From a virus (lineage: Duplodnaviria; Caudoviricetes): DNA of 31,123 bases. The notes under the pieces are model-generated. The model saw only the letters and a program-made list of their open reading frames with translations, had not been told where the DNA came from and did no database searches. The position numbers and the translations under genes were made by a program. Positions 13,686-23,007 of the stretch are shown here, piece after piece; position 1 is the stretch's first letter; every line of letters begins with the position of its first letter. Location of the stretch: positions 1 through 31,123 of IMG/VR virus record IMGVR_UViG_3300025445_000010; one strand, 5' to 3'.

Positions 13686-15121
13686 TAGCGCCTCTTGGGA
13701 AGTTGGCTAAAGTCAATCACACGCGGCGCAGTCTCAACGGCCAGGGCTTCCGGCGCTGCTGCCGGACCGGCAATCTTGCCTGACCCATACCGCGTCGAGA
13801 TATCCGCCAGAATGTTGCGGACAGATTCGATGGACTGTGTTGGGTCTGACAACGTCTCCAACATGTTTTTCAACTCAAAATTGGAGTTGATTTCTTGCGC
13901 GCTCATGCCGGTCGCTTTTTTAATATCATTCAGCAACGCGCGAGTGAGTGTTTTTAGTTCGTTACGGCGAGACTGCGCAGGTGTAGCGCGCGCCTTCTCG
14001 GCTTCTTGGCCGATAGACGTGCCTCGGAAGTATGCATCAACGTTCTCGAGCGCCCCGCGTCTCTCGCTCGGAATTTCAGCCATCTTGTCGAGTTCGCCGT
14101 AAAGCGATTCCATGCGGCCAAGCGTGCGCTCTACATCCGTCTGTCCTTTGATGACGGTCTTTGTCCCGGTAGTAACGGGCTGCCCCGAGCCACGTATGAT
14201 CTGTGCCTCGCTCATGCGCCGTTCAGCGTTTACGCCTTTATTGTCGCTGGCTAATCCCTCGACAGACTTGGCTATAGCCGCCGTATCACCGCTGCGAACC
14301 GCCTTAACTACTGCGTCGGGAAGACTACCGTAGTTATACGCGACGGACGCCAGCGCGCCTTGAACGTTGGCTGGCAACCGACTCCAGTTTTCTACGCCTG
14401 TTTGCTCGGCTGCGCGAGGGATAAACTCGGTGCGAACGCGACGGGAAAGATCTCTCTCGGCGTCTTCCTGGGTGACTTTCGCGCCGGGAACAACCGGCTG
14501 CACTCTACCTTCCGGCGTTGTGATCGTGCTACTGCCATAGCCAACACGATTGGCGTTGACATCGAAGTAGGGCTCTGCACGAAAATCCTCAAACCGCCTG
14601 AGCAGTCCTTCAGCGACATCCGCGCCCGTTGCGCCTTGCGCAGGCTCAATTACCGCAGGGCGAAGACCGCCGCCGGCTGTCTCAACATAAGTTTCGCCGC
14701 CTACTTCACGATACCTTGGGCGCGCCAATTCAGCCGCTTTCTCAGGCGACAAAATACCCATCTTCCACTCGGGCGTGTATTTGACGCCCTTCCACGACTC
14801 GGCCAAGGCGGGGAAGCCCGCCTCAACGGCATAGGGCACGAAGCGGTCAAGATCAGCCTGAGAGTTAACGCCCAGCTCAAACACGCGCTTCACTTCATCC
14901 AGCTTCTTCAACCGAACATCTCGTTCAGCAACTTCCGCCTGTCTAGCTTCCCGCGCTGCGGCCATCTGCGCCTGCAAGTCCTGATACTGCCCGCGCTGCG
15001 CCAAAGCGTTCATCTGCGCGCGCTGATACTGAAGCTGCTGCATTTGCGCCAAAGCGTTGACCGGATCAAATCCGGCTTCGGCCTGCGGCACCATGGAGGC
15101 TATGTCATAGCGAATCGGCAT
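13685..15121 (-). CDS. DNA ejection protein with an internal GH24-like lysozyme domain
   Basis: LLRRFEDFRAEPYFDVNANRVGYG...ALASVAYNYGSL...ERRMSEA between helical flanks. Confidence 0.78.
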   Translation of the reverse strand: MPIRYDIASMVPQAEAGFDPVNALAQMQQLQYQRAQMNALAQRGQYQDLQAQMAAAREARQAEVAERDVRLKKLDEVKRVFELGVNSQADLDRFVPYAVEAGFPALAESWKGVKYTPEWKMGILSPEKAAELARPRYREVGGETYVETAGGGLRPAVIEPAQGATGADVAEGLLRRFEDFRAEPYFDVNANRVGYGSSTITTPEGRVQPVVPGAKVTQEDAERDLSRRVRTEFIPRAAEQTGVENWSRLPANVQGALASVAYNYGSLPDAVVKAVRSGDTAAIAKSVEGLASDNKGVNAERRMSEAQIIRGSGQPVTTGTKTVIKGQTDVERTLGRMESLYGELDKMAEIPSERRGALENVDAYFRGTSIGQEAEKARATPAQSRRNELKTLTRALLNDIKKATGMSAQEINSNFELKNMLETLSDPTQSIESVRNILADISTRYGSGKIAGPAAAPEALAVETAPRVIDFSQLPKRR

Positions 15122-15131
15122 TGATCAAACC

Positions 15132-15965
15132 TCAATAACGAGCAAACGGGTTTAAGTCTTGCTGATATGCCGCGGCAGGGTATGCAGGCGCTGTTGTTTG
15201 TGGCTGCCCATACATCTGGCTATACAGCGCGCCCGCCATTGCGTTGCGCCCGATCCCGCCCAGCGCGCCCTGTAAGGCAGACTGGCCGCCCATATAGCTG
15301 GAGGCGCGGGCCTGACCGGCCTGCTCAATCCCTTGACCAAGCGCCTGACCGGCCCCGAGCATGGTGTTGGCGATGTTGGTTCCGGTCTGCGTGCCGATCT
15401 GGCCAGCCTGTATAGCCGCAGACGATCCGGGGGCCGCAAGACCCTGCAACGCCTGAAGCTGCAACTGACGCTGCTGAAGAAAGCGGTTATAGGCGTTGCC
15501 GTATTCCTGGCTGCCAGCCTCTTGCCCATAGCGCGTCAGCGCCTTGCCCGTGCCACCGCTTAGCAGACCGCCGCGCGCAGCCGCGCTGCTCTCCAACGCT
15601 CGCTGGCCTTCGCGGAAGCGGAAGTCGTAGCCGGGGTCGGCCTGATAGTCCGCCATGCTGAACGGCTGCGCGTAGGATCCGTAGCCAGCAGCGGCCTGAT
15701 TGCCGCCGATGCCGTAAAGCTCCTGCATCCGGTTGGTCGCCGCGACGCCGCCCAGCCGGAACGGCTCCATGCGGGCGACTGACTCTTCGTACATCTTCTG
15801 CTGCTGCTGGCGCGCTGCTTCAGCCTGCTGAGCCTGTATTAGCGCCGACATCATCGACGCCTGCGACTGGGCCTGTCCGGCCTGTCGGGCAGCGCCCGCG
15901 CCCATGATGCCGCTGATGCCGCTGGCTGCTGCGCCGCCGAGTGCTGCGATTGTAAAAGGGTCCAT
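15132..15965 (-). CDS. DNA transfer/pilot protein (P22 gp7-like position and composition)
   Basis: Start reassigned to MDPFTIAALG (15965, RBS GAGG). Gly/Ala/Gln-rich; contains DPGYDFRFREGQRALESSAAARGGLLSG. Confidence 0.75.
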   Translation of the reverse strand: MDPFTIAALGGAAASGISGIMGAGAARQAGQAQSQASMMSALIQAQQAEAARQQQQKMYEESVARMEPFRLGGVAATNRMQELYGIGGNQAAAGYGSYAQPFSMADYQADPGYDFRFREGQRALESSAAARGGLLSGGTGKALTRYGQEAGSQEYGNAYNRFLQQRQLQLQALQGLAAPGSSAAIQAGQIGTQTGTNIANTMLGAGQALGQGIEQAGQARASSYMGGQSALQGALGGIGRNAMAGALYSQMYGQPQTTAPAYPAAAYQQDLNPFARY

Positions 15966-15972
15966 TACTGCC

Positions 15973-17241
15973 TCACGTATAGAGAATGTTGACGGTGCCG
16001 CCATCAAACGTATTGGCGCCCGTCCGAGTGATTCTGATCTGGGTCAGCGTAGCGGTAAGATCGGCTTTGCCTGCGCCTACAGTCAGATTGCCACCCAAGT
16101 ATGTAATTGTTCCTGTGTGGCTGCTCGTAAACTTGTTGGTGGTTATCTGACCTAGCGTCATTGTGCCGGTAAAAAAGTTCGTACTGGCATTGACGCCTAT
16201 CAGCAACCCGGTTGTAGAGGCGTTGCCGCCAACGCCGATCACCAGACTGGTAGAGTTATAGGTGGTCGTTCCATAAGCGGGAGATCCGCTGGTGCCGGTC
16301 CCTAGTTGTACAAGAAGATTATCCGTTCCACTCAGACTGACATCAGTAAAACAAATGGTTATGAACTTTACCCAAGACGGAATATCATTGAAATCAATGG
16401 CGGTCCCGCTGGTAGAGGCCTGAACGGTTGCAGCGGTCATTGGTCTGGCCGACGCGGCTACAAGACTATCTTTTAACAACACGCCGTCAATTGTGACGCC
16501 TGTCGCGGAAGTCAATTCAGAGATCGTGTCAGTCTTGACCGACACAGACGCCGCAATATCGCCGAGAACGTCCAATTCAACACCCGCCGATGGCGTTTTG
16601 CCAATACCAACTTCGCCGGTATCTGCGATATGGACGCGTTTGACGCTGTCGGTCGTAAACGTCAGCGCTCGCGCACCATCGGCGGCCAGATCGGTCAGTG
16701 ACGCGCCGGGCGTAATTTTGGCGTAAAGAACGCCACCTGAGGATGTCATAGCGATATTGCCGCCCGACACGTCCAGAGATTCGGACGGTGAGATCGTTCC
16801 GATACCGACTTTGCCCGTGTTATCAATGACGGTCGAAGTAGAATCCGGGTCCGCGCTGTCCTGCACGCGGAGCGCGTAACCTGTGCCGGTTTGCGTGATT
16901 TTTAGCGCCGGGCTTGACGAGTTGGTGTCTATCGTCACGTTGCCGGACAGCGCCGGAGACACGCCGGAAGTCGGCGCGGAAATGTTGTCTACGGTCCAGA
17001 TCTCAACATCGTTGGAATCGGCCAGCTTGAACTTGTAGGTCGCACCGCCAAGCCAGATGTTGGCCTCGCCCCGGCTGTCCAGAATGACAGGGTTTTGGTT
17101 GGGGGTGCCGCCCGAACTATCGGTGTAGGTCGCTTGATCCGTCGTCGTCCCGGCAATATAGGTATAAAGCCTTCCGCCGACCAGCGGCGCGCCGTCAGCG
17201 GCAAAAAACTGCATTTTGGCGGTAGGAGTAAGAGCTGCCAT
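15973..17241 (-). CDS. Tail fibre/spike with virion-attachment N-terminal domain
   Basis: N-terminal GGRLYTYIAGTT...NPVILDSRGEANIWL...WTVDNI, repeated GxVGIG beta motifs, Ser/Thr/Gly-rich C-terminal domain. Confidence 0.75.
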   Translation of the reverse strand: MAALTPTAKMQFFAADGAPLVGGRLYTYIAGTTTDQATYTDSSGGTPNQNPVILDSRGEANIWLGGATYKFKLADSNDVEIWTVDNISAPTSGVSPALSGNVTIDTNSSSPALKITQTGTGYALRVQDSADPDSTSTVIDNTGKVGIGTISPSESLDVSGGNIAMTSSGGVLYAKITPGASLTDLAADGARALTFTTDSVKRVHIADTGEVGIGKTPSAGVELDVLGDIAASVSVKTDTISELTSATGVTIDGVLLKDSLVAASARPMTAATVQASTSGTAIDFNDIPSWVKFITICFTDVSLSGTDNLLVQLGTGTSGSPAYGTTTYNSTSLVIGVGGNASTTGLLIGVNASTNFFTGTMTLGQITTNKFTSSHTGTITYLGGNLTVGAGKADLTATLTQIRITRTGANTFDGGTVNILYT

Positions 17242-17847
17242 TTATCCACCTACACAACTGGTTACGGTCAGTATGACCGAAGGAATAGCCGGGACCGGAG
17301 CCGACGCCGCCACATAAGGAATCTGGACGCTTGTGCTGTTGGCCGAATACACCAGCTCGAAATAGTCACCCGCCTGAAGGTTTAGCACAAAATTCCACGC
17401 GGCGACAGCAGCGTAGCCCGATCCGCCGTTCAGCGATACCTGAGTTGCCGAGTCGTCCACATTGACGCCATTCACGCGGGGCCAGATATATACATCGTGC
17501 TTGCCGCCACCCGTCTGCGCGATCTGCGCTGAGAACTGAAAGTTATACGTAGCCGTATTGTCTACATATATGCGGGACGTTGGTGTGCCAACATAAACGC
17601 CATAGACCAGATCCGAGCCATCGGCGCGGGTGAACGTGTTATTGAACGTAAACGTGTATGCCGTATTGATGACCGCGACAGTGAAGGTCGTCGTGCTGTA
17701 GAACGATCCGTAACGCCGCCCGGCTTCGACGGCTATATACATATTGTAGAACCACCGATACCAGGGCCGCGAGACGAAATTCGATAGCGTATCCCAGAGT
17801 TGGACACGCGCCGCCGGTATGAGGGTGTTGTTGGCTACGTCAGGCAT
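17242..17847 (-). CDS. Virion structural protein (beta-sandwich, tail-associated)
   Basis: ORF track. Beta-rich pattern YNFQFSAQ...LNLQAGDYFEL; lies between gp10-like and fibre genes. Confidence 0.65.
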   Translation of the reverse strand: MPDVANNTLIPAARVQLWDTLSNFVSRPWYRWFYNMYIAVEAGRRYGSFYSTTTFTVAVINTAYTFTFNNTFTRADGSDLVYGVYVGTPTSRIYVDNTATYNFQFSAQIAQTGGGKHDVYIWPRVNGVNVDDSATQVSLNGGSGYAAVAAWNFVLNLQAGDYFELVYSANSTSVQIPYVAASAPVPAIPSVILTVTSCVGG

Positions 17848-19270
17848 TGGTCGGGCTCAGAATGAGTTCAGCGCCCATAATGGCGATTTTGACCGGATCG
17901 GTCCCTGACACCTCATATACACGGTCGCGGATCTTGGTCGTCATGCCCAACCGCCGCCAGATGACGCGTTTGCCATATTGACCGATCTGGCCCATAGATT
18001 TCCAATGTTCGTTCGACCACGTATGGCCGCCATCATCCGACCAGCGCAGCATTACCTGTGGATCGGAACCTTGTCCGGTTGAAAGCCCGACACCGGATTC
18101 ACAGTCTAGCTGAAGACTATGTTGCGTTGTGCGTTTTAGATCGTTCTGGCCCGTTGGCAGCGCCCGCCATGACCGCAACCATTTCTGGATTGTGTCGGCC
18201 TCTGCGTAGACATTCATATCATAGGCATAGAGCGTTCCGGCAACATAATCGCCGATAACAATCTCGTCAGCAAAATTCATTTGATTTTGCCCGCGATGGC
18301 GGGTGAAAGCGTTATTTTCCCATCCAGCGCGCTCATGCCATACGCCGGTCGAGACATCGTAAACCCATGTCGTATTGGCGGTCGGGAAGTTAAGGACGTA
18401 GAAGGCGTGGCCGTCCTGCTGGTAGGTATAGGCCACCGCGTCGGCCAGCGTCGTGTATTGCTGGATCTGCCACTCGACGGCGTGGGTTGAGATACGCTCG
18501 CCGGAGTAACCCTTGGAGCGATAGACGATACCGTTACCGCGCGCGTCCTTACCGAGCCAAAACAGGCCGTTGTCCAGCTTGGCGACGGAGTAGGGGGCTT
18601 GACAGCCGATCTCGTTGAACGCGCCCTGAATACGGGCAAGCGGAAAGTCCGGCAGCCCGGCGTTATACCAGACCTCGACCGATGTTTGCCCGAACAGCCA
18701 GACCTCGCGATGGTCGACGATCAGCGTGACCAGATTGTCGGGCGAACCTTCGGCGCTGGCAAAGTCCAGCGGGTCTACAGACGTGCCGTCGTAAAGCGTG
18801 GTCACCCAGAACTTCTGGCTGTTCGGCTGGTTGTAGACGAAATAACCATCGATGAACCCGACGCCGACTGCGCCGTAAAAATCCGGGTCTGTGATCTGTG
18901 CAAAGACATCCGTGCCGGCGTTGTAGATGTAACCGTTCGCGCCCGCTGCGATGAATAGCTGCGTGCCGTTGTCAACCATATTGACTGGATCTACGCCGGC
19001 TACGTTCCCTTTATCCGTGTACGCCCAGTTAGAGTCGATCCTGTAGAGCCGCGTTCCAGACACCGCGTAGGCGTAATCCCCAAACGTCCAAAGACCCCGC
19101 ACCGGCCCTGTCGGCAACTGCACAAGCTGACGAAGCCCCGGCGCGCGTTGGAGGAACGCCGGCTGTTTGCCACCGTCCGGAACGATCTCGGGGAAGAGAT
19201 TCACCATTCTGTTGTCCGCAGCGTTGACGCTGCGGGCTCGGTAACTGGAGCCAAGGATAGGCGTCTGCAT
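17840..19270 (-). CDS. Packaged DNA stabilisation / tail hub protein (P22 gp10-like)
   Basis: About 476 aa. FIDGYFV, FASAEGSPDNLV, WLFGQTSVEVW, VMLRWSDDGGHTW, WRRLG. Confidence 0.88.
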   Translation of the reverse strand: MQTPILGSSYRARSVNAADNRMVNLFPEIVPDGGKQPAFLQRAPGLRQLVQLPTGPVRGLWTFGDYAYAVSGTRLYRIDSNWAYTDKGNVAGVDPVNMVDNGTQLFIAAGANGYIYNAGTDVFAQITDPDFYGAVGVGFIDGYFVYNQPNSQKFWVTTLYDGTSVDPLDFASAEGSPDNLVTLIVDHREVWLFGQTSVEVWYNAGLPDFPLARIQGAFNEIGCQAPYSVAKLDNGLFWLGKDARGNGIVYRSKGYSGERISTHAVEWQIQQYTTLADAVAYTYQQDGHAFYVLNFPTANTTWVYDVSTGVWHERAGWENNAFTRHRGQNQMNFADEIVIGDYVAGTLYAYDMNVYAEADTIQKWLRSWRALPTGQNDLKRTTQHSLQLDCESGVGLSTGQGSDPQVMLRWSDDGGHTWSNEHWKSMGQIGQYGKRVIWRRLGMTTKIRDRVYEVSGTDPVKIAIMGAELILSPTNA

Positions 19271-19980
19271 CAATAGTTCCCGGCAAAGATATTATAGCGC
19301 TGACGAGTCCCCACGATGCTGTAGGGCAGCGCCATAATATCATCAGGGTTGTTAATGCGCTTCAGATTGCGCTTGCTATACATGGCGATGCGCTGCACCT
19401 GCGCCGACGGTTCGACGCCAAACTCCGGCGCAATTTCGCAGGCCAGATTGTAGCGGAACGCCCGCAGGTAGCCGGGCGGAAACGACAGCGTCGTCGCCAG
19501 CGTCGCGGGATTGGTCAGCTCCTCGACCGAAATGATATGCCATTCCAGCGCGCGCAGAGGCACCGGATAGACATACATCTCGATGTCGGGGAACGTCATA
19601 TTGATCCAGACCACCTGTGGATAGGTGCTGGTCACAGTCTTGACAGCGATGCCGTCATACTGCTGCTGGTTGATGATCTTGATGCCGTAGGAGACGTTGG
19701 TCTGCGGATCGCGGAAGTAGGTCGCATCGTCTACCAGAATCGGGCGGTTGCCGACGAAGTCACCTGTCGGTCCCAGCGTCCTTGATCTCTGGCTCGACGG
19801 CCATGTGAACACCTGATCCTGTGTCGAAAACACTGACAGGCGTTCCGTGTTCCAACTGTCCAGCATCTGATTGAGTGCGAACAGCGCGTCCTGAGACGTT
19901 TCCGCTGAGGGCGTTTCGCCTTCCGCGAGGACGCCCAGAAGCCGCAACGCTCCGTTGATCTGCTCGCCCGCTGTCGTCAT
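19270..19980 (-). CDS. Head-to-tail adaptor (P22 gp4-like)
   Basis: Start reassigned to MTTAGEQINGALRLLGVLAEGETPS...ALNQMLDSW; later YNLACEIAPEFG. Confidence 0.8.
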   Translation of the reverse strand: MTTAGEQINGALRLLGVLAEGETPSAETSQDALFALNQMLDSWNTERLSVFSTQDQVFTWPSSQRSRTLGPTGDFVGNRPILVDDATYFRDPQTNVSYGIKIINQQQYDGIAVKTVTSTYPQVVWINMTFPDIEMYVYPVPLRALEWHIISVEELTNPATLATTLSFPPGYLRAFRYNLACEIAPEFGVEPSAQVQRIAMYSKRNLKRINNPDDIMALPYSIVGTRQRYNIFAGNY

Positions 19981-20086
19981 CAGGTTCAAACCTTTCCCAG
20001 CCGTTCTGTTCGTCGTAGTCGGCTTCGAGATCCATACATGCAATCTTCACCCCGTGCCTGGGGTGACGAAGGTAAATTACAGCCAT
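19760..20086 (-). CDS. Small hypothetical protein whose 3' part overlaps the gp4-like gene
   Basis: ATG 20086 has a good RBS (AGGTGA) and fills the gap before the adaptor gene. The first ~35 aa look protein-like; the rest is off-frame read-through. Confidence 0.55.
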   Translation of the reverse strand: MAVIYLRHPRHGVKIACMDLEADYDEQNGWERFEPDDDSGRADQRSVAASGRPRGRRNALSGNVSGRAVRTQSDAGQLEHGTPVSVFDTGSGVHMAVEPEIKDAGTDR

Positions 20087-20106
20087 TTTTCACCTATGGT
20101 AAGGGC

Positions 20107-20128
20107 CAGCCGGCCCGTAGGCCGGCTG
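20107..20128 (-). terminator. GC-rich hairpin with C(UACG)G tetraloop (attenuator or mRNA stabiliser)
   Basis: CAGCCGGCC-TACG-GGCCGGCTG on the minus strand, 10 nt after the stop at 20139. Lacks a real U-tract. Confidence 0.55.
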
Positions 20129-20138
20129 TGGGGTTAAA

Positions 20139-20591
20139 TTAAGACGCTACGAGCGGAACCGAGAACCAGTCCGTCGTGTCATAAGCTACAAACAGGCACG
20201 CCGTCTTGGCAGCCATGCTGAACGCCGTCGAGCCAGCAACGCCGTTGATCTTGGCGCTACCCGGAGCATAGACTTTCAGAATGGCGTTAGCCGTATCATC
20301 GTTTTTGACGATAATGATGCGGCCTGCCGTAGGAGCCGGGATAACGACACCCTTGGTGGCATCCGCAGCCGTGACCCAGTTAAACGACGCCGTCATGGAC
20401 GTCGCATCGGCGCGGGTAGACCCGGCTGCTGCGGGCTTGGCGACGTCTACGGCCAAAGTCGTAAACGTGCCCGTGCCAGAGACGGTGGCAGTAGTGAGCG
20501 TGCTTCCACTGATCGTCGCGCCTGAAATGGTCGTGCCACTTACAAGCTCGGGATCAGAGAAGGCAACGCCGACAGGTTTAGTGTTAGGCAT
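20139..20591 (-). CDS. Virion structural protein (capsid decoration-like), 150 aa
   Basis: Strong RBS AAGGAGAGG. Thr/Ala-rich and beta-rich; downstream of the coat gene. Confidence 0.65.
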   Translation of the reverse strand: MPNTKPVGVAFSDPELVSGTTISGATISGSTLTTATVSGTGTFTTLAVDVAKPAAAGSTRADATSMTASFNWVTAADATKGVVIPAPTAGRIIIVKNDDTANAILKVYAPGSAKINGVAGSTAFSMAAKTACLFVAYDTTDWFSVPLVAS

Positions 20592-20603
20592 TGCCCTCTC
20601 CTT

Positions 20604-21086
20604 TTACGCGACGCGATAAATCGTATATGCCGCCGTGCCAGTCTTACGGAATCGGAAGATGGCCGAAGACGGATTAGTCGTCGTCGCACCGTCAATAAGG
20701 ACCGCGCTGCCGACGATGGTGTTGCCCGTGCCAGCGCCAAACGTCACGTCGTTAGCAGCATTGTCGCCAATGTTTATAAAGCTAACGTCAAAGCCGGTAT
20801 TGACGGCAACGCTTGGAAAAGCCGCGTCGATAAGCGCGCCCGTCGGGAACGTATAGGTGCCCGCATCGGTGCCGCCGGAGTCAATAGTCACGATACCGGT
20901 CGCCAGATTGGCCGCCGTAATCGTAACCGTCGCGCCGGTCAGATCCGCCGATGCCGCCTGCGCGCGCATCAAAGGTTCGCCGCGCACGCCCGCCGAAAAC
21001 TGATAGCCGCCCGTGCCCTGCGAAAGCGCCGGGGTGGGGCCGAAGGATTCGAGCGGATAGGACGCGCCCTGAGTAGTGATTGCCAT
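20604..21086 (-). CDS. Virion structural protein (capsid decoration-like), 160 aa
   Basis: RBS AGGAG. Thr/Gly/Ala-rich; first structural gene after coat and HNH. Confidence 0.65.
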   Translation of the reverse strand: MAITTQGASYPLESFGPTPALSQGTGGYQFSAGVRGEPLMRAQAASADLTGATVTITAANLATGIVTIDSGGTDAGTYTFPTGALIDAAFPSVAVNTGFDVSFINIGDNAANDVTFGAGTGNTIVGSAVLIDGATTTNPSSAIFRFRKTGTAAYTIYRVA

Positions 21087-21098
21087 GATTCAGAACTC

Positions 21099-21689
21099 CT
21101 AGTCTAAGTGTTTCCAAGATACCCGCTGCTTTATGCTGCCTATGGTAGTAGAAGCGACTTTATACTGGGCCGCTATTTCAGCATAGGGACGAGGGTCTTT
21201 AAGGATTCGTTTGACTTGGCGTTCAGTAAGGACAGCGTGCCCATTCTGCTCTCCGAGCGGGGCCCTAGACCGACCTTTCTGCACTTTATCGCGCATATTG
21301 TCGGCGTTGGTGCCCGGAAACAGATGCGCCGGGTTGACGCAGCTTGGGTTATCGCAGGTATGTAGCGCGTGTCTATCCTCAAGCATGTCCCCCGTATGCA
21401 ATGCATACGAAAAACGATGCGCGCGGGTAAACATAACGCCGTTTAGCATACCTCTGAATATCCCATATCCGTCCTTGTCCCTACTAGCCTTCCAAGTCCA
21501 ACAACCCTCGGTCTTCTCGACGGATCTGGCAAACCGTTCTTCAGCGGGCAACCCTCGGAATGTTCCGCTATGGCTTTTTATGGCCACTGGCGATCCATAC
21601 TTCTTGTTGCGCCGCCAATGCTTGTTGCACAGCCCCAACGCAATAACCGGACTATCGCACCCTTTTATGCAGCAGACCTTATCTTCCAC
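21099..21689 (-). CDS. HNH homing endonuclease, free-standing, with Zn-binding N-terminus
   Basis: CCIKGC...GLCNKH, CWTWKA, AHRFSY, HALHTCDNPSCVNPAHLFPGTNADNMRD, and a C-terminal HTH-like tail. Confidence 0.92.
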   Translation of the reverse strand: MEDKVCCIKGCDSPVIALGLCNKHWRRNKKYGSPVAIKSHSGTFRGLPAEERFARSVEKTEGCWTWKASRDKDGYGIFRGMLNGVMFTRAHRFSYALHTGDMLEDRHALHTCDNPSCVNPAHLFPGTNADNMRDKVQKGRSRAPLGEQNGHAVLTERQVKRILKDPRPYAEIAAQYKVASTTIGSIKQRVSWKHLD

Positions 21690-21720
21690 ACTACGCCTCC
21701 TTTAAATGGAGGCGTAGTGT
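21688..21720 (-). promoter_or_regulatory. Perfect 13 bp hairpin occluding the RBS and GTG start of the HNH gene
   Basis: Minus strand reads ACACTACGCCTCC-ATTTAAA-GGAGGCGTAGTGT-G. The 3' arm contains GGAGG and the first two bases of the GTG start. Confidence 0.85.
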
Positions 21721-21798
21721 AACACGTCTATTCTACGCGGAACAATAGCTTTGCAAGATTTTCATGTTTACCTTGTAAGCCATTGAAACCAATAGAAC

Positions 21799-22995
21799 TT
21801 AACCCCACAGCCTTACGGCCATTTGAGGCCTGATCACGCTGTAACCATAGAGTACATCGATGCGACACGGAAGTCTATCGTTGTTGATGTCATACTGACG
21901 GACGATACGCATCGAGATGCCGTTGTGAACCTGACGCGAAGCCATATCCACGCCCTGCGGCATCAGCAGATCGGCCGTCGCGAAGGCAATGGCGTCCTTG
22001 TGATAGACCAGGTTCTGCGGGTACTGCGTCGAGGCGGCGCCGACGAAGGTCACGGCCTTGCCGGACTGCGGCAGCGCGTCGACCGTGGCAAGCGCCTGAC
22101 CGGCCGAATACATTGCCGGGACAGTGACCGAAGCCGTCGTGGACGCCGTAACGTCCGCCAAAGCGACGAACTGATACAGCGAGCCAGTCGACTCACGGGT
22201 CTGCGGGTTGACGGCGTAGCAGTCGGCAATCGTGAACACGTCGCCAGCCTTGATCGTCGTCGTCGTAAGACCCGTCAGAACGACAGTCGTTGAGCCTTCG
22301 GTCGTAACGGTCGCGTTGACCGTGACGGTGCCGGTGCGCGAGCCGGTCGTGAACTGCTTGATCGACTGCGACATATTCAGCTCGTCATAGCCGAGGATGC
22401 CTTCGCCGAACATGCCGTTCTTGAACTGCTTGCTGATGGCCGAAACCGGGTTGAAGAGGCCCTTCATGCCCTCGATCAGCGCAGCGTTCGCAGCCGGGTT
22501 GACCGTCGCGTAGCGCGGCGACATGACCGCAGCGTTCTCGTTCAGCTTCTGCTGGGCCTGAAGCAGGACCAGCGAGGTCGCCGGCGTCGTGCCGGGCGTG
22601 CCGACCGAGTTGCCGATATACTTGAAGCTGTTCGCAACGTCCGCGTCGATGGAGGCGGCAAGCTGCGAAATACGAGGCTTGAGAACGCGCTCAGCGAAGT
22701 CGTCCAACTGCATCGTCAGTTCGGCGGTCGTAAAGTTGACGCCGATGTGCTTCTGGCTGGAGACCGCGAGCGTGGTATACTGCTCGTTGTCGTCCTGAAC
22801 CTGAAGCGCCGCGCCGTCCGTGACCAGAGCGCGGTCAGGCAGACGGATGCGAAGGGTCGAGCCGATCTTGGCGCCCTCAACCGCAAAGCTGTCGTCGTAC
22901 TGGCGGTTTACGGTGCGGGTGATCACAAGGTTGTTCTCCAGAATTTCCAGAGCCTTCCTCGTGATCATATCAATTGTCAACAGAGAATTAGACAT
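21799..22995 (-). CDS. Major capsid protein (P22 coat protein gp5 family)
   Basis: MSNSLLTIDMITRKALEILENNLV...KIGSTLRIRLP...RIDVLYG. 398 aa, directly after the scaffold gene. Confidence 0.92.
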   Translation of the reverse strand: MSNSLLTIDMITRKALEILENNLVITRTVNRQYDDSFAVEGAKIGSTLRIRLPDRALVTDGAALQVQDDNEQYTTLAVSSQKHIGVNFTTAELTMQLDDFAERVLKPRISQLAASIDADVANSFKYIGNSVGTPGTTPATSLVLLQAQQKLNENAAVMSPRYATVNPAANAALIEGMKGLFNPVSAISKQFKNGMFGEGILGYDELNMSQSIKQFTTGSRTGTVTVNATVTTEGSTTVVLTGLTTTTIKAGDVFTIADCYAVNPQTRESTGSLYQFVALADVTASTTASVTVPAMYSAGQALATVDALPQSGKAVTFVGAASTQYPQNLVYHKDAIAFATADLLMPQGVDMASRQVHNGISMRIVRQYDINNDRLPCRIDVLYGYSVIRPQMAVRLWG

Positions 22996-23007
22996 GATTT
23001 CAACACC

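Noticed and set aside
21729-21756. Sigma-70 promoter for the HNH gene (TTGCAA...TAGAAT on the minus strand)
   Set aside because: The spacer is only 15 nt, so it is not supported well enough to call.
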